From contig OZ024740.1 in NCBI GenBank assembly GCA_964016885.1, positions 307,582,001 to 307,646,000 of the forward strand: a stretch of 64,000 nucleotides of DNA, written 5' to 3'. The stretch comes from Eledone cirrhosa (lineage: Eukaryota). The position numbers and the translations under genes are program-made. The first letter of the stretch is position 1. Every line of letters begins with the position of its first letter. Under the pieces are notes generated by a model. The model made no database searches. It saw only the letters and a list, made by a program, of their open reading frames with translations, and was not told the DNA's origin. This document shows, piece by piece, positions 1 through 14,523 of the stretch.

Positions 1-653
1 TTAATTCATACATGTGTGTGTCTGTGTGTGTGTGTGTGTGTCTGTGTGCGTGTGCGTGTGTGTGCGTGTGCGTGTGTGTGTGTGTGTGAGTGTGTGCGTG
101 TATTGACGTTTATATTTTTTTCCTCTACCAAACTCCATAGACTTGCAAAATCTAATGAGCGTGTGAGGGGTGGGGTGGAATAAAAACCCTGGAGGGGGAT
201 CTGGCTGAGAGGACGTGAATTATTGACGGACGTAAGAATTGATTGTAACTCAATACCGACGTATATTTTCTCCCCAAACTACCAAAACACAAATTTATTT
301 GTCTATGCGCTACAATTTATGTACATGCTATATTTATCGCCTATCGAGGTTTTCTGATCATTTTAGAGTGCAAAGATCTTAACTAATCACTACAATGAAA
401 TTGTCCAAATCCCCCCCCCCCTTCCCTTCAATTCAGAAATGCTTCCACCGCCCTTGATATAACGATATATACACACATATCCACCCCAAATACACAATTA
501 TTACTTCCTTTCCGAAACATCTCTAACGCTAAATATACACAATGGCTGACTGAATACACACACGTGTGTTGTTGTTTTTTTTTCTCATTTTTTTTCCATT
601 TCTTCCTGTTCTCACTCTTTATCTTTCTATTTCCTCTTTTATTTCTCATTCTA

Positions 654-770
654 TATTCTGATGAAGGACTAGTGTCCTAAACATTAAGACTTTTTTCGTA
701 CTATATCAAGCGTTAAACTAATACATTTCTTCATTGTACTGAGTCGTTTGTTTTGCTATTTCTGTTTACT
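654..770 (+). mobile_element. PLE-derived pLTR-like fragment (family C) with degenerate hammerhead
   Basis: CTGATGA-aggac-tagt-gtcc-TAAA-catt-aaga at 658-689 (GAAA mutated); downstream sequence matches copies at 20863-20975 and 37330-37458. Confidence 0.65.
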
Positions 771-792
771 TTTTACACACACACACACACGC

Positions 793-844
<52 letters not shown>

Positions 845-1490
845 TGAATATATGAGAGAGATGAACATAGATATAAGTATACACGTCTTCCATTGCAAAG
901 GACCAAGTTAGCTAGGTTGAAAAAATCGTAACTTAATACAATATGGTTTACCTGACTCAATTTAAAGTAATAAATCAATAAAAATAACAAACCTATATCG
1001 GGCAACAGCCTTTGATACACGGCTCCGAAAGATTCCCTTCTTTGAGCTATTTAATTGTAAAAGACTATTTTGAGTTTCTAACTCAATGTATGATATATGT
1101 ATGTATATTATATATTACTGATTTATCGAAGCGATGGGTTCAAATTCAAATTTGAAATGTTGGATTCCCAAACGAAGAAAATAACTATATAATGTTTATT
1201 ACCAACTGATACGTTTGAATAGATAGAATAACTTTTGTTGGGTACACTAGCTCCTCTGAGTTTCGAGACTGTTTGGGCGGGTACACATCACTGCCTTGCC
1301 GTGCTTCAATGGTTTTAATGCTGTATGTTTAATGAAATAAGAATGTCATATAATACAAAAATATATATCATTGATATTCCATAATGAATTATATGTATTT
1401 GAGACTTGTATTTCAGCATACAAAACTGTCATTTTAAAATTATGCAAGTGTAACGAATAAACTTTGTTACAGAAACAAAAATGTTTCTTA

Positions 1491-1533
<43 letters not shown>

Positions 1534-1864
1534 CGGGAATGAGTTGGTTATGTTTCAGCCAACGTCATCATGTTTGGCGTCGTTTCTTAAAGCAGGATCC
1601 AACCTATTTAGGGATTTCATCTGTTGGAAGTTGACGTCTGGTAGAGAGATATCAATGTGCCTCTTGTAGCTCTCCATCGCATATGCTTTTTTAATTTTCC
1701 AGTTTGGTTCAGTATTCTTACATTGCTGCTATAAATATTTCCTGTCAGATCACCTGCTGTACATTTATTCCACCCACCCCCACCCACACACACACACACG
1801 CTAGCGAGAGGGGCATAACAAGATCATTATTAACCAGAGATATCACCGGTTCTGTATAGAATTA

Positions 1865-2022
1865 CCGTATTTCCCGGTGCCGAAGACGATTCGTTCTCGA
1901 AGACGCACCCTAATTTTGACAACCAAAAATTTGAAAAAAAAATGATAAACAACCTTCGGCCTCCAGATTTTTTAGACTTATTTTAGGGAAAAAAGTAACG
2001 TCTTCGACGCCCGGAAATACAG
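1865..2022. mobile_element. Tc1/mariner-Tc2 (pogo-like) MITE
   Basis: TIRs CCGTATTTCCCGGTGCCGAAGACG / CGTCTTCGACGCCCGGAAATACAG, flanked by TA on both sides. Confidence 0.75.
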
Positions 2023-2445
2023 TACCTATTTGTTCATTATATGGCGTCTTGGACAGCTAAACATAGTGAAGCTCATCCTTCATCTGGTGTGACCACAGAC
2101 GATTCCTCCAGCTAGCTAAATTGCTCTTGTCATGAACACAAAGCTGTTACAGTTCATCTGGGAACTTATTGCGCCCTAGCCAAGGACTTCGTTTTAGAAG
2201 TAGTTCAGCCAGTGGTATTGTGTTAGCATGACCATCTTATGGGATTTCTCCCATTATCAATGGCATTACCTCAATCTAGAGTTCACTTTAACTCATATTT
2301 GACAACAAACAACCATGCAACTTTCAACAAGCGAGCAGCCTTTAAATCACCATGCTACGCTTTTTAAGTCTGCGATTACAACATGCCTCTCATTTGCTGT
2401 GTTAGCTTGATGTCTCCCATCATTTATCTGAAAATATATAATAAT

Positions 2446-2619
2446 TGTTTATACCAGCAATTGTCCCAGTGTATTACTGGTACTTTATTTTATCGACCCC
2501 GAAAGGATGAAAGGCAAAGTTAACCTCGGTGGGATTTGAACTCAGACTATAAAGGGCCGTAACTCTATGCTGCTAAGCATGGCGTCCGGCCCTCTACCGA
2601 TACTGCCAATCCACCGCCC
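2446..2619 (-). mobile_element. tRNA-derived SINE (main family of the window)
   Basis: Minus strand has A-box-like TGGCAGTATCGG and B-box-like GAGTTCAAATCC; ~17-bp TSD tgaaaatatat(a/g)ataat; multiple copies in window. Confidence 0.85.
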
Positions 2620-3699
2620 TGAAAATATATGATAATCAGAACAAGCTAGAAAACAAGTTAGAGCTATTAAAAGACGTGATCTCAAAGAACTGAGCAACCA
2701 TCTACATATATTTGTTGTGGGGTATATATGTTCTTGAGTGTCTGTGTGCGTGTGTGCGTGTGTGCATGTATGTGTGGGTGTGTGTGCGAATGTGCGTGTG
2801 CGGGTATGTGTGAGTGCGTGTGTCTGCGCATGAAAGTGAAAGAGTATTGGTAGCTTTTGTACTTAATTAATTAATAAAAACCATTATCCGTTAAACACAG
2901 AATAATTAACGAAACATGCATGTCGTTAATTAATAAATTAGAAAGTCAATTAGCTAACTAGTTATGTATGTATATTCAAGGTTTCTTTGCCTATTGTAAT
3001 CCACTACAAAAGCTATATATTGAGCATATAAAATCCCGGATACAGAAAAGGCAAACAGGGTCGCCTACGAGAAGCGAACTCATATCTGCTGTATACCGGA
3101 CAACTACTGTACAACTACATCAAAGCGTGAGTGACCCTCGCTCATAAACAAAGAAATGTGAACAAATAAACAATCGTTTTACGAAACGTTGAGCAAATTT
3201 GAATTTTGAAACGTGTTTATTGTAAGCTGCTACAACACAGGTTTAACTATAAAATAGTTTAACAATAAAATATGCCCAGACACCAAGATGATGAAAAAAG
3301 TGGACAGAGTCGCCCGCAGGAACCAAATTCATATCTGCTGTATGTCGGATGGCTGCGTTACCTTTACCCCAAAATGATACTGACCCATAAACAATACATT
3401 TGATCTAGTAGCACTATCAAGACCACTGTCAATTGGTGAGATTCTACACGGTCGCTCGAAATAGCAGCCAAATCAAGTTACACCTGGCTGCTTTTAAAAG
3501 AAGAAAGGATACCATAGATAAAGTATTTCTAACATAAAGACTATCTGAATAAAAAGACGGGAAAGGCGTATCTTGAATGCTTTTAATCAAAGCCTGTTTG
3601 ACCAGGTTTGACATGAAGAAGAAACGACCACAATAACCACAGAAACAAAACACAAACGTCAACACCACAAACACAATTACCAACAATAGTAACACCACA

Positions 3700-6600
3700 A
3701 ACAGCCAAACCACTACCATCTACACCTCGAATATTACCACAACCACTGACACCAATAAGATCCGCGTCTAGATCCACAAACACCAATACTATTACCAACA
3801 GCACTACTATCACCACCACCGCCACAGTAGCAATCGCCAACAACAACACTAGCGATACACAACCACCATCTACACCATTACCAACACCAACACCGCCAAC
3901 ACCATCACCGTCTACACCATCACCATCTACACCACTACCAATACCACCACCACTACCAATACCAACAACAACACCACCACCATCACCATCAACACCACTA
4001 CCAATACCACCACCAACACACACACCACCAACACCAATACCACCAACACCATGACCACCAACACCATCACCACCAACACCAATACCACCAACACCATCAC
4101 CACCAACAACATCACCACCACTACCACCAACACCAATACCACCAACACCATGACCACCAACACCATCACCACCAACACCAATACCACCAACACCACCAAC
4201 ACCAACACCACCACCACCACTACCACCAACACCATCACCACCACTACCACCAACACCATCACCACCAACACCAATACCACCAACACCACCAACACCAACA
4301 CCACCAACACCATCACCACCACTACCACCACTACCAATACCACCAACACCAATACCACCAACACCACCAACACCAATACCACCAACACCAATACCACCAA
4401 CACCACCAACACCATCACCACCAACACCAATACCACCAACACAATCACCACCAACACCAATACCACCAACACCACCACTACCACTAACACCATCACCACC
4501 ACTACCACCAACACCATCACCACCAACACCAATACCACCAACACCACCAACACCACTACCACCAACACCATCACCACCACTACCACCAACACCATCACCA
4601 CCAACACCAATACCACCAACACCACCAACACCAATACCACCAACACCACCAACACCAACACCACCACTACCACCAACACCATCACCACCAACACCAACAC
4701 CACCAACACCAACACCACCAACACCAACACCACCAACACCAACACCACCACTACCACCAACACCATCACCACCAACACCAATACCACCAACACCATCACC
4801 ACCACTACCACCACTACCAATACCACCAACACCAATACCACCAACACCACCAACACCAATACCACCAACACCATCACCACCAACACCATCACTACCAACA
4901 CCACTACCACCAACACTATCACCACCACTACCACCAACACCATCACCACCAACACCAATACCACCAACACCACCAACACCAATACCACCAACACCAATAC
5001 CACCAACACCAACACCACCACTACCACCAACACCATCACCACCAACACCAATACCACCAACACCACCAACACCACTACCACCAACACCATCACCATCACC
5101 ACCACTACCACCAACACCACCAACACCACTACCACCAACACCATCACCACCAACACCAATACCACCAACACCAATATCACCAACACCATCACCACCACTA
5201 CCACCAACACCATCACCACAAACACCATCACCACCAACACCAACACCACCACTACCACCAATACCATCACCATCACCACCACTACCACCAACACCATCAC
5301 CACCACTACCACCAACACCATCACCACCAACACCAATATCACCAACACCATCACCACCAACACCATCACCATCACTACCACCAACACCATCACCACCAAC
5401 ACCAATACCACCAACACCATCACCACCACTACCACCAACACCATCACCACCAACACCAATATCACCAACACCATCACCACCAACACCATCACCACCACTA
5501 CCACCAACACCATCACCACCAACACCAATACCACCAACACCACCAACACCAACAACACCAACACCATCACCACCAATATCACCAACACCATCACCACCAA
5601 CACCATCACCACCACTACCACCAACACCATCACCACCAACACCAATACCACCAACACCACCAACACCAACACCACCAACACCATCACCACCACTACCACC
5701 ACTACCAATACCACCAACACCAATACCACCAACACCACCAACACCAATACCACCAACACCAATACCACCAACGCCACCAACACCATCACCACCAACACCA
5801 ATACCACCAACACCATCACCACCAACACCAATACCACCAACACCACCACTACCACTAACACCATCACCACCACTACCACCAACACCATCACCACCAACAC
5901 CAATACCACCAACACCACCAACACCACTACCACCAACACCATCACCACCACTACCACCAACACCATCACCACCAACACCAATACCACCAACACCACCACT
6001 ACCACCACTACCACCACTACCAATACCACCAACACCAATACCACCAACACCATCACCACCACTACCACCAACAGCAGCACGACCAACACCAATACCACCA
6101 ACACCACTACCACCAACACCATCACCATCACCACCACTACCACCAACACCATCACCATCACCACCAACACCAATACCACCAACACCATCACCACCACTAC
6201 CACCACTACCAATACCACCAACACCAATACCACCAACACCACCAACACCAATACCACCAACACCATCACCACCAACACCATCACCACCAACACCACTACC
6301 ACCAACACCATCACCACCACTACCACCAACACCATCACCACCAACACCAATACCACCAACACCACCAACACCACACCACCCACCACCACCACCATCACCA
6401 CCACTACCACAAACACCACCCACACCATCACCACCACACCAATACCACCAACACCAATATCACCAACACCATCACCACCACTACCACCCACACCCATCCC
6501 CACCCACACCATCACCCACCAACACCACACCACCACTACCACCAACACCATCACCATCACCACCACTACCACCAACACCATCCACCACCAACACCAATAC

Positions 6601-9105
6601 ACCAACACCATCACCACCAACACCATCACCACCACACCACCACACCACCACCACCCACACCATACCACCAACACCAATACCACGCACACCACACCACCAC
6701 TACCACCCAACACCACACCACCACACCATATCACCCACACCATCACCACCACACCATCACCACCACTACCACCAACACCACCACCCCCAACACCACACCA
6801 CCACACCACACCCACCCACACCATACCACCCCACCCCATACCACCACACCCACACCACCACTACCACCAACACCATCACCACCAACACCCATATCACCAA
6901 CACCATCACCACCAACACCATCACCACCACTACCACCAACACCCATCACCACCAACACCATCACCACCACACCATCACCACCACTACCACCCAACACCAC
7001 CACCACCAACACCCAATCACCAACACCACCACCCACCACACCACCACCCACCACTACCACCAACACCATCACCACCAACACCATATCACCAATACCATCA
7101 CCCACCACACCATCACCACCACTACCACCAACACCCATCACCCCCACACCATATCACCAACACCATCACCACCACACCATCCCACCACTACCACCAAGAC
7201 CACACCACCCAACACCAATATCACCCACACCATCACCACCAACACCATCACCACCACTACCACCAACACCATCACCACCAACCCCCATATCACCAACACC
7301 ATCACCACCAACACCATCACCACCACTACCACCACACCATCACCACCAACACCAATACACCAACACCATCACCACCAACACCACACCACCACAACCACCA
7401 ACACCATCACCACCACACCATCACCACCAACACCACACCACCACTACCACCAATACCATCACCACCAACACCAATATCACCAACACCCATCACCACCAAC
7501 ACCACCCAACACCAATTACCAACACCATCACCACCAACACCATCACCACCACACCACCACACCATCACCACCAACCACCACACCACCAACACCATCACCA
7601 CCACTACCACCAACACCATCACCACCACACCATCACCACAACACCCATCACCACCACTACCACCAACACCATCACCACCAACACCAATATCACCAACACC
7701 ATCACCCACCACACCACCAACCACCACCCAACACCAATATCACCAACACCATCACCACCAACACCATCACCACCCACTACCACCACACCACACCACCACA
7801 CCAATACCACCAACACTACCAACACCACTACCACCAACACCATCACCACCACTACCACCAACACCCATCACCACCAACACCAATACCACCAACCCCCCAC
7901 CCCACACCAACACCACCAACACCAACACCACCACTACCACCACTACCAACACCACCAACACCAATACCACCAACACCACACCACCACTACCACCAACACC
8001 AGCACCACCAACACCCATACCAACCACACCACCAACACCAAAACTACCAACACCACCACACCACACCACCACTACCACCAACACCATCACCACCACAACC
8101 ACCAACACCATCACCACCAACACCAATACCACCATCACCACCAACACCAATACCACCATCACCCACCAACACCATACCACCAACACCAACACCACCAACA
8201 CCACCACTACCACCAACACCATCACCACCACTACCACCAACACCATCACCACCAACACCAATACCACCAACACCACCAACAACCAATACACCAACACACC
8301 ACCAACACCATCACCACCACTACCACCAACACCATCACCACCACTACCACCAACACCATCACCACCACTACCACCAACACCATCACCACCACTACCACCA
8401 ACACCAATACCACCAACACCAATATCACCAACACCATCACTACCAACATCACCACCATCTACACCACTACCAACACCACCAATACCATCACCACCAACAT
8501 CACCACCATCTACACCACTACCAACACCACCAACACCATCACCACCAACATTACCACCATCTACACTACTACCAACACCACCAACACCATCACCACCAAC
8601 ATTACCACCATCTACACCACTACCAACACCACCAACACCATCACCACCAACATCACCACCATCTACACCACTACAACACCACCAACACCATCACCACCAA
8701 CATCACCACCATCTACACCACTACCAACACCACCAATACCATCACCACCAACATCACCACCATCTACACCACTACCAATACCACCAACCTCATCACCACC
8801 AACATCACCACCATCTACACCACTACCAATACCACCAACCTCATCACCACCAACATCACCACCATCTACACCACTACCAATACCACCAACCTCATCACCA
8901 CCAACATCACCACCATCTACACCACTACCAACACCACCAACACCATCGCCACCAACATCACCACCATCTACACTACTACCAACACCACCAACCTCATCAC
9001 CACCAACATCACCACCATCTACACCACTACCAACACCACCAACACCATCGCCACCAACATCACCACCATCTACACCACTACCAACACCACCAACACCATC
9101 ACCAT
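3700..9105. repeat. Degenerate (ACC/AAC/ATC/ACT/AAT)n trinucleotide tract with a 51-bp minisatellite at its 3' end
   Basis: Almost no G on the + strand, triplet periodicity; 8446-9105 repeats a 51-bp unit ([17 protein letters not shown] in one frame). Confidence 0.9.
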
Positions 9106-9405
9106 ACAAATAATGTAAGCAGGTGCACTACATGCCTCTCAACACTTCGAGAAAGATGGGAGAGTATGAAATGTACCAGATGCACTTGCTGCGAGATTTA
9201 TCGCTGCTATTGTATCTGCGTCTTCATCAGCAACATCAATAACAACAACAGCTACACCAGCAGCAATAGCAGCAGTGGTGGTGTGCAACGAGCCACAACT
9301 AATGCAGTTTTGACTACACCTCCAGAGAGGCAATGTCTAATCAGTCATGCATGCATGGAAAAAGTGTTAGCAGTGGACTCAAAGGGCATATAGACATATA
9401 TTTTC

Positions 9406-9470
<65 letters not shown>

Positions 9471-9653
9471 CGTACGTACTCACACATATAAACACACAAA
9501 CATATATATAGTGAACCCTGTCTATTTTAGCCGATTATCCGTGTTAAGCGAGGGTAAGGGTGATATTATATATGTATGCGAAATATACACATTGTGCACT
9601 GAACATGATAAACAATAATAGAATTACAGAAAATACTGCAAACATCATATAAC

Positions 9654-9728
<75 letters not shown>

Positions 9729-9730
<2 letters not shown>

Positions 9731-9860
9731 CGAAGGAAGTGTGGTAAGGAACCAGATGGACCATAACGCACCAGATTCCTCAGTACTTAAGGTAGTAGAG
9801 TGGGTAATAGGAAAATGTTTAATCCCGACGGCAGAGCTCAAGCCGTTTCGACGGCTATTT
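9729..9860 (-). mobile_element. Short (TA)n-anchored element, family A
   Basis: Same ~140-bp sequence as 39134, 43948, 48942, 56313 and 57618; ends ttcgt directly against (TA)n. Confidence 0.75.
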
Positions 9861-10549
9861 GTCAAGTTTTGCTTTTTAATCTCGCAGAGTGTCCAAAATC
9901 ACCCTCCTCACCAAACAAACCTGGTGAGGTTATCGATTTAGTCACCGACGACCTGACCATATGACACGTTACACTGGGTTACATGTTACCCGTAGCACTC
10001 AGAAGTGCGTACATATGTATATATTGTGTGGGCATGTAAATATGTATATGTTAATTTAAGAGTGTGCAGACCTGTAGTAGCTTTCGCTGGTTGGCACTGG
10101 ATGATCTTTTGTGGCGTCCCCAGTGTCTGTTCAGCGTGCGAAACATGCGAACTGATGGCGCGCAACATATGCCCAATTCAAGCTGAGCACCTGGTCTCTC
10201 TCATTTCGAAAACCGACCTGCATGGTGAAGAGTCGCATCCTACACGAGGTGCCTCTGATACGGCTATCATAGGATAGTCTAGCAGAACAGGCCGGATCTA
10301 AAGGAGTAAGCTTCGATAAAAATCCCGCTTGTCTCATAGTAAACAGTAACTTATACGGCGATCATTAGTTTAATTAGATAACCTCGGCGTTGTGAACACC
10401 AATGGCTTCACAGATGATCGACTATTAATTCGATAATGGGTTGGCACATCTACTCCAGTTAGCGGAGTATGCAGGTTTGGCGAGCCGCATTTTTTCTAGC
10501 CATTAAAAAAAAATGCTTCACCTCCAATAGAGGGATGATTCAAGAACAA

Positions 10550-10960
10550 AATATATATAATACCCCAGGAGAATAAAGGGAATATGGTCATCAGAACACT
10601 CAGCATACAACAAACATATTGCTGATAATACTTTTGTTGTGCCTATCCTAACGCCAATATTTGACTTGCTGAACTGGTCATTGCAAAAACTGAACAAGAT
10701 AAATGCAAGGACTCGCAAGATGTTCAGTGTTTCTGGAAAATTTAACATCAATGGTGACGTGGATAGGTTATATTTCTCACGTAAAGAGAGACCTAAAATC
10801 CATATTAACAACATATGAGACCTGGATAGTAACACCGAAGTAACATCTTCAACGGAAGAAAAAGTCAGCAATCATCTCGCCCAGGTTTATGAGCATCATG
10901 AACATAATATTGTTCGGAGAACCACTGGTCTGGAGAAGAGACATAAAATAAAAGCTGACA
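10550..10960 (+). pseudogene. R4/Dong-like non-LTR retrotransposon RT C-terminal fragment
   Basis: Manual translation from 10561: YPRRIKGIWSSEHSAYNKHIADNTFVVPILTPIFDLLNWSLQKLNKINARTRKMFSVSGKFNINGDVDRLYFSRKE, matching the NK..A.N....P / RTRK / DVDRLY..RK pattern. Confidence 0.65.
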
Positions 10961-11311
10961 CAAATCTTTTTCCCGTGAATATTGGAATACTCTACTTAAT
11001 ACTTAAATAAAATATTAAAAAATGAACCAGTTCACCGAGAAGATTGTGTCTACTGCATAAAAAGAGAAAGCTATCGATTGACTATATATATACAATGCAA
11101 TAGTAAAAGTAACCCTGTCTTAACATTTCAAATGGAAACTCTGTCACACCTAATCCCCAACATTTCGGTGGGATATACTACTGATGTGAAGTGATTTGGG
11201 ATTGCTTAAGCCGGTTTATCCTAGTGGTATTACAGCGTAACCTACACGGATAAGCAACATAATTATCTGCCACACACACACGCGCACACACAGACACACA
11301 CACACACACAT

Positions 11312-11342
<31 letters not shown>

Positions 11343-11361
11343 CGCACACACACACACATAA

Positions 11362-11396
<35 letters not shown>

Positions 11397-11443
11397 ATTC
11401 AATGATATTAAATAAATGGAAACTATATTTATAAAACCATATT

Positions 11444-11508
11444 TATTTTATTATATATATTTCAAGGGTAACCAAGACAACATTGGTACGCTTTCATCAG
11501 ATAAAATA
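11444..11508 (-). ncRNA. Type I hammerhead ribozyme (family D)
   Basis: tattttat CTGATGA aag..gtaccaa..ttggttac..ctt GAAA tatata TA ataaaata; 8-bp stem I; palindromic stem III. Confidence 0.8.
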
Positions 11509-11629
11509 CAAAGTTTGTTTTATAAATAGAGACGTACCCATGAAAATCATACCTTGTCGGTTGGAAATTCACTGGGTTGTTATAAACATTTATGTTTGTC
11601 GGACTTCCAACAAATTAAATACATCTTCT

Positions 11630-12143
11630 TATTGTTATACTTGGGGAGGGTCATATTTGTGTAATATTGCCAGAATTAATAACAGAACACACTCACTGTT
11701 TGGTTGCTTTTTGCTTTTCGCTTCTGTGTCTTTTATATCGGTAATCTAATTTATTCGGTACTCAATGTTGCCATTGACTGACCGACGGTCAAAAATAATA
11801 CAGATACAATATAGACACAAACACATATATATAGTTTATCAAAGTTCTTTCGTTGCACATCTGCAACATCGTCAGTGGTGCTATTGTTTCCTCCCGTTAT
11901 ATTGTATGTCTACGCCATTTTTATTTAGTCTGTCTATATATTTATTTATTTGTTTGTTTGTTTATTTTATTTTGTCTTCTTTGCGCATGCGTTTGCGTGT
12001 GTGTATAGTGTTTTGTTTGATGTGTGTTCGTGACTGTGTATCGGTTAATGTATTCTATCTTTACTAGTGTGTGTTTATATGTGTTTGTTGTTATTGTGCT
12101 TGTGCATGTATTTATTTATTTATCTATTTATTTATTTATTTAT
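11630..12143 (-). mobile_element. 3' UTR/pLTR of the adjacent Penelope-like element (family E)
   Basis: Follows the GIY-YIG stop codon; contains an HHR; same sequence recurs without an ORF at 28520-29280 and 31358-31777. Confidence 0.8.
11837..11880 (-). ncRNA. Minimal hammerhead ribozyme (family E)
   Basis: cacca CTGACGA t gttgca gatg tgcaac GAAA gaac TT tgata. Confidence 0.75.
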
Positions 12144-13965
12144 TTATACTTCTCTTAGGTCAGTGTTGTTTGTTTGGGTGTTGTTGTTATTCCATTCATT
12201 ATTTCTGTTTAGTCTTGGCCTTCTAAGTTCTATTTCACTGGCCTCTCTGATTTGCCTATCTGCTGGGTCATTTCTATGTTTAGATATTATTCTAATTTCT
12301 ATGTTGTCTATGTTACCGTCGTGTTGTTGTCTGGCATGTTCGTATAGTACTGACCCGTTTTTTCGTCCTTTTAGTTCCCCCCAGTGTTGGTCTATCCTTT
12401 CACCTATGCTACGAGCTGTCTCGGCTATGTATGTTGTTGTCATGTTTCTGCAAGTACCCTCTGTACATCTTATGCTATAGACTACGTTTCTAGTTTTACA
12501 GTTTATCCGGGGGTTTACCTTACATATGATACATTTCCTATTGGTACAGTGGGTTTTCTTAAAAGGGTAGGTTTTGCTGATCAGGGATTTGATGGTGGTT
12601 CCTGGCTTTTCTACCACCTTAATTTTTAAGTGGGTCTTTCTCAGGGCCTTTCTACACTGGTTAGCTAATTTCCCTCCAGGGGTAGCGTCCACAAAGATGA
12701 CACTCTGGTATCTCTGGTTGTCGTACCATGAGGTGGCTTTCCCTATCTTATGTCTAGCCCTATCTAAGCTATTCCATGATTTGCTCCTGTATAATGGGCA
12801 AATTCCTTTCATGTCCAGTTCTATGAGGGTCTTATACTTCTCCATGGTTCCTTCGTATACTCTTATTCTGTCTCTTTGGTTGTAGCCAGAGAACTGCATG
12901 CAGTTGATGAAGTGTTAGATGTGTCTTTCCATTTCTGTTGGGTCGCACATGCGGGACAAATTCTTCATCACTCGTACCAAATCTGCGATTAGAATATTAA
13001 ACTTAGCACTACTGGACATTGCTGAGTTTTTGAGTATCAGGTATTTGGAGGCCATGGGTTTAGCATAGTGTGAGTGGAGAATTTGGGCTCTCTCGTCTAT
13101 AGTGTTAATCCAGAGTTCCGTGTCTAATACAGGTAGTCTATTGTTAGGGTGTTTGGAAGGGAAGTCGATAGTTACAGTTATACTCTGGTGTATGGAATTA
13201 GCTATCTGCTGGATGCTTTCCATTGTGCTACGTTCTAAATCAAACTTGTTAGTGCTCTCTTGTGGGGATGTTCTTATAACTATATTGATATCGTCTACGT
13301 AACGAGAGTACATGATGAGGTCTATGGAGCTCTCATTAAGGAGATCTTTAAGTCTCCTTTCCCACCATACCATGAAAAGGTTGGCAACATCACCAGCTAT
13401 GCTGACGCCAATGGCTGCTCCCTCATTTTGGGTGTAGATCTTCTCGTTGAACTTGAATATGTGGCCCTTTAGGGTAGTTTTGATACTAGCCCCCATTGCA
13501 TGTGCGACCATTTTTCTTACCTGATCATTGTTTTGGGGGGTCCGTATAGCTTTGGTCCACTCAATCCACCTTCCCATGGGAGTCTTTTTTGCCATTGAGG
13601 TTAGGGTGGGGGGGTCTACCTCTTATGGGTCTACTAGGGCAGAAACGTCTAAGGTCATGGCTGTCTAGGTAGTCAGTGTCGTAGGTAAGTCTAAGTAGGA
13701 GGCCCAGTTCGTCTGTGTCTACGTCGCAGAACTCCACCTCACTCTCAATGATCATCTCCACACATTTTTCCACAGCAAAATCAATGTTAATGGATGGGTA
13801 CAGTGATACCACATCCATGCTGCCTATTATGCAGTTGGATAGGTTCCTGTTTTTGTTGCACTCACTGATTCTGCTGAGGAGGTCCTCTGTACTGTCACAT
13901 ACATCTGGGGACATCTTGATTATGGGTCGTATAACCATTGAGAGGAAGTAGGAGATCCTGTAGTT
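12144..13965 (-). pseudogene. Penelope-like element RT plus C-terminal GIY-YIG endonuclease, 5' truncated
   Basis: RT motifs MDVVSLYPSI, GAAIGVSIAGDVANLFM, YSRYVDDI, LPVLD; Cys-rich linker CTNRKCIIC; VVYSIRC...TYIAETARSIGERIDQH; one frameshift near 13600 and one stop at 12915-12917. Confidence 0.9.
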
Positions 13966-14333
13966 GCTATATACAACTTCTACTTATATATATATATACT
14001 TAGGTTAGTAGGAGTTAGGTATTATATACCCGTGTCCCGTTAAGGTATTGGCAGCATAATAATTAGCTCTATGCTATATATATATACTATTTTGGCAATT
14101 TCAAAACGGAAACTCCTTCAAGAGGTGGAAGCAAGCGAACGAACTACTATGGAGAGCATTTTTAGTCAATGCAGTGGAAGTTAACCTTGTCCTTATGATA
14201 ACTTGGTAGAGTAGAGTGGGGAAAAACTTCAACTGAGTTATACATATTGTTGTCTAAATAGTTTTTATGTATAATCTGTGGGTATAGACTATGATAAAGC
14301 GTATATTGCCGTTTATTGTGGAGAGATTGGTGC

Positions 14334-14523
14334 CAGTGCCGGATTTACCATTGTGCTTAGGTGTACTTAAGCACAGGGCCCCGTTGGCCAGGGGAGCCCA
14401 TCTTCCTACCCCAAAAAATGTTTACGATAAACTTTTCAAATGTTTGGTGCCTCATAACTTAACTAGCACAGGGCCTCATAACGTAACTAATACAGGGCCT
14501 CATTTGTCCTAAATCCGGCAATG
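14334..14523. mobile_element. hAT (Tip100-like) MITE
   Basis: TIRs CAGTGCCGGATTTA / TAAATCCGGCAATG with perfect 8-bp TSD attggtgc. Confidence 0.85.

Noticed and set aside
2446-2619. tRNA gene calls for A/B-box sequences
   Set aside because: No full cloverleaf; multicopy with body, tail and TSDs, so these are SINEs
3583-9393. 946-, 970- and 1780-aa ORFs (Gly/Val, Val/Leu, Thr/Asn/Pro/His rich)
   Set aside because: Overlapping frames on both strands are open because the triplet repeat cannot form stops; the amino-acid pattern switches at indels; no signal peptide or domain seen
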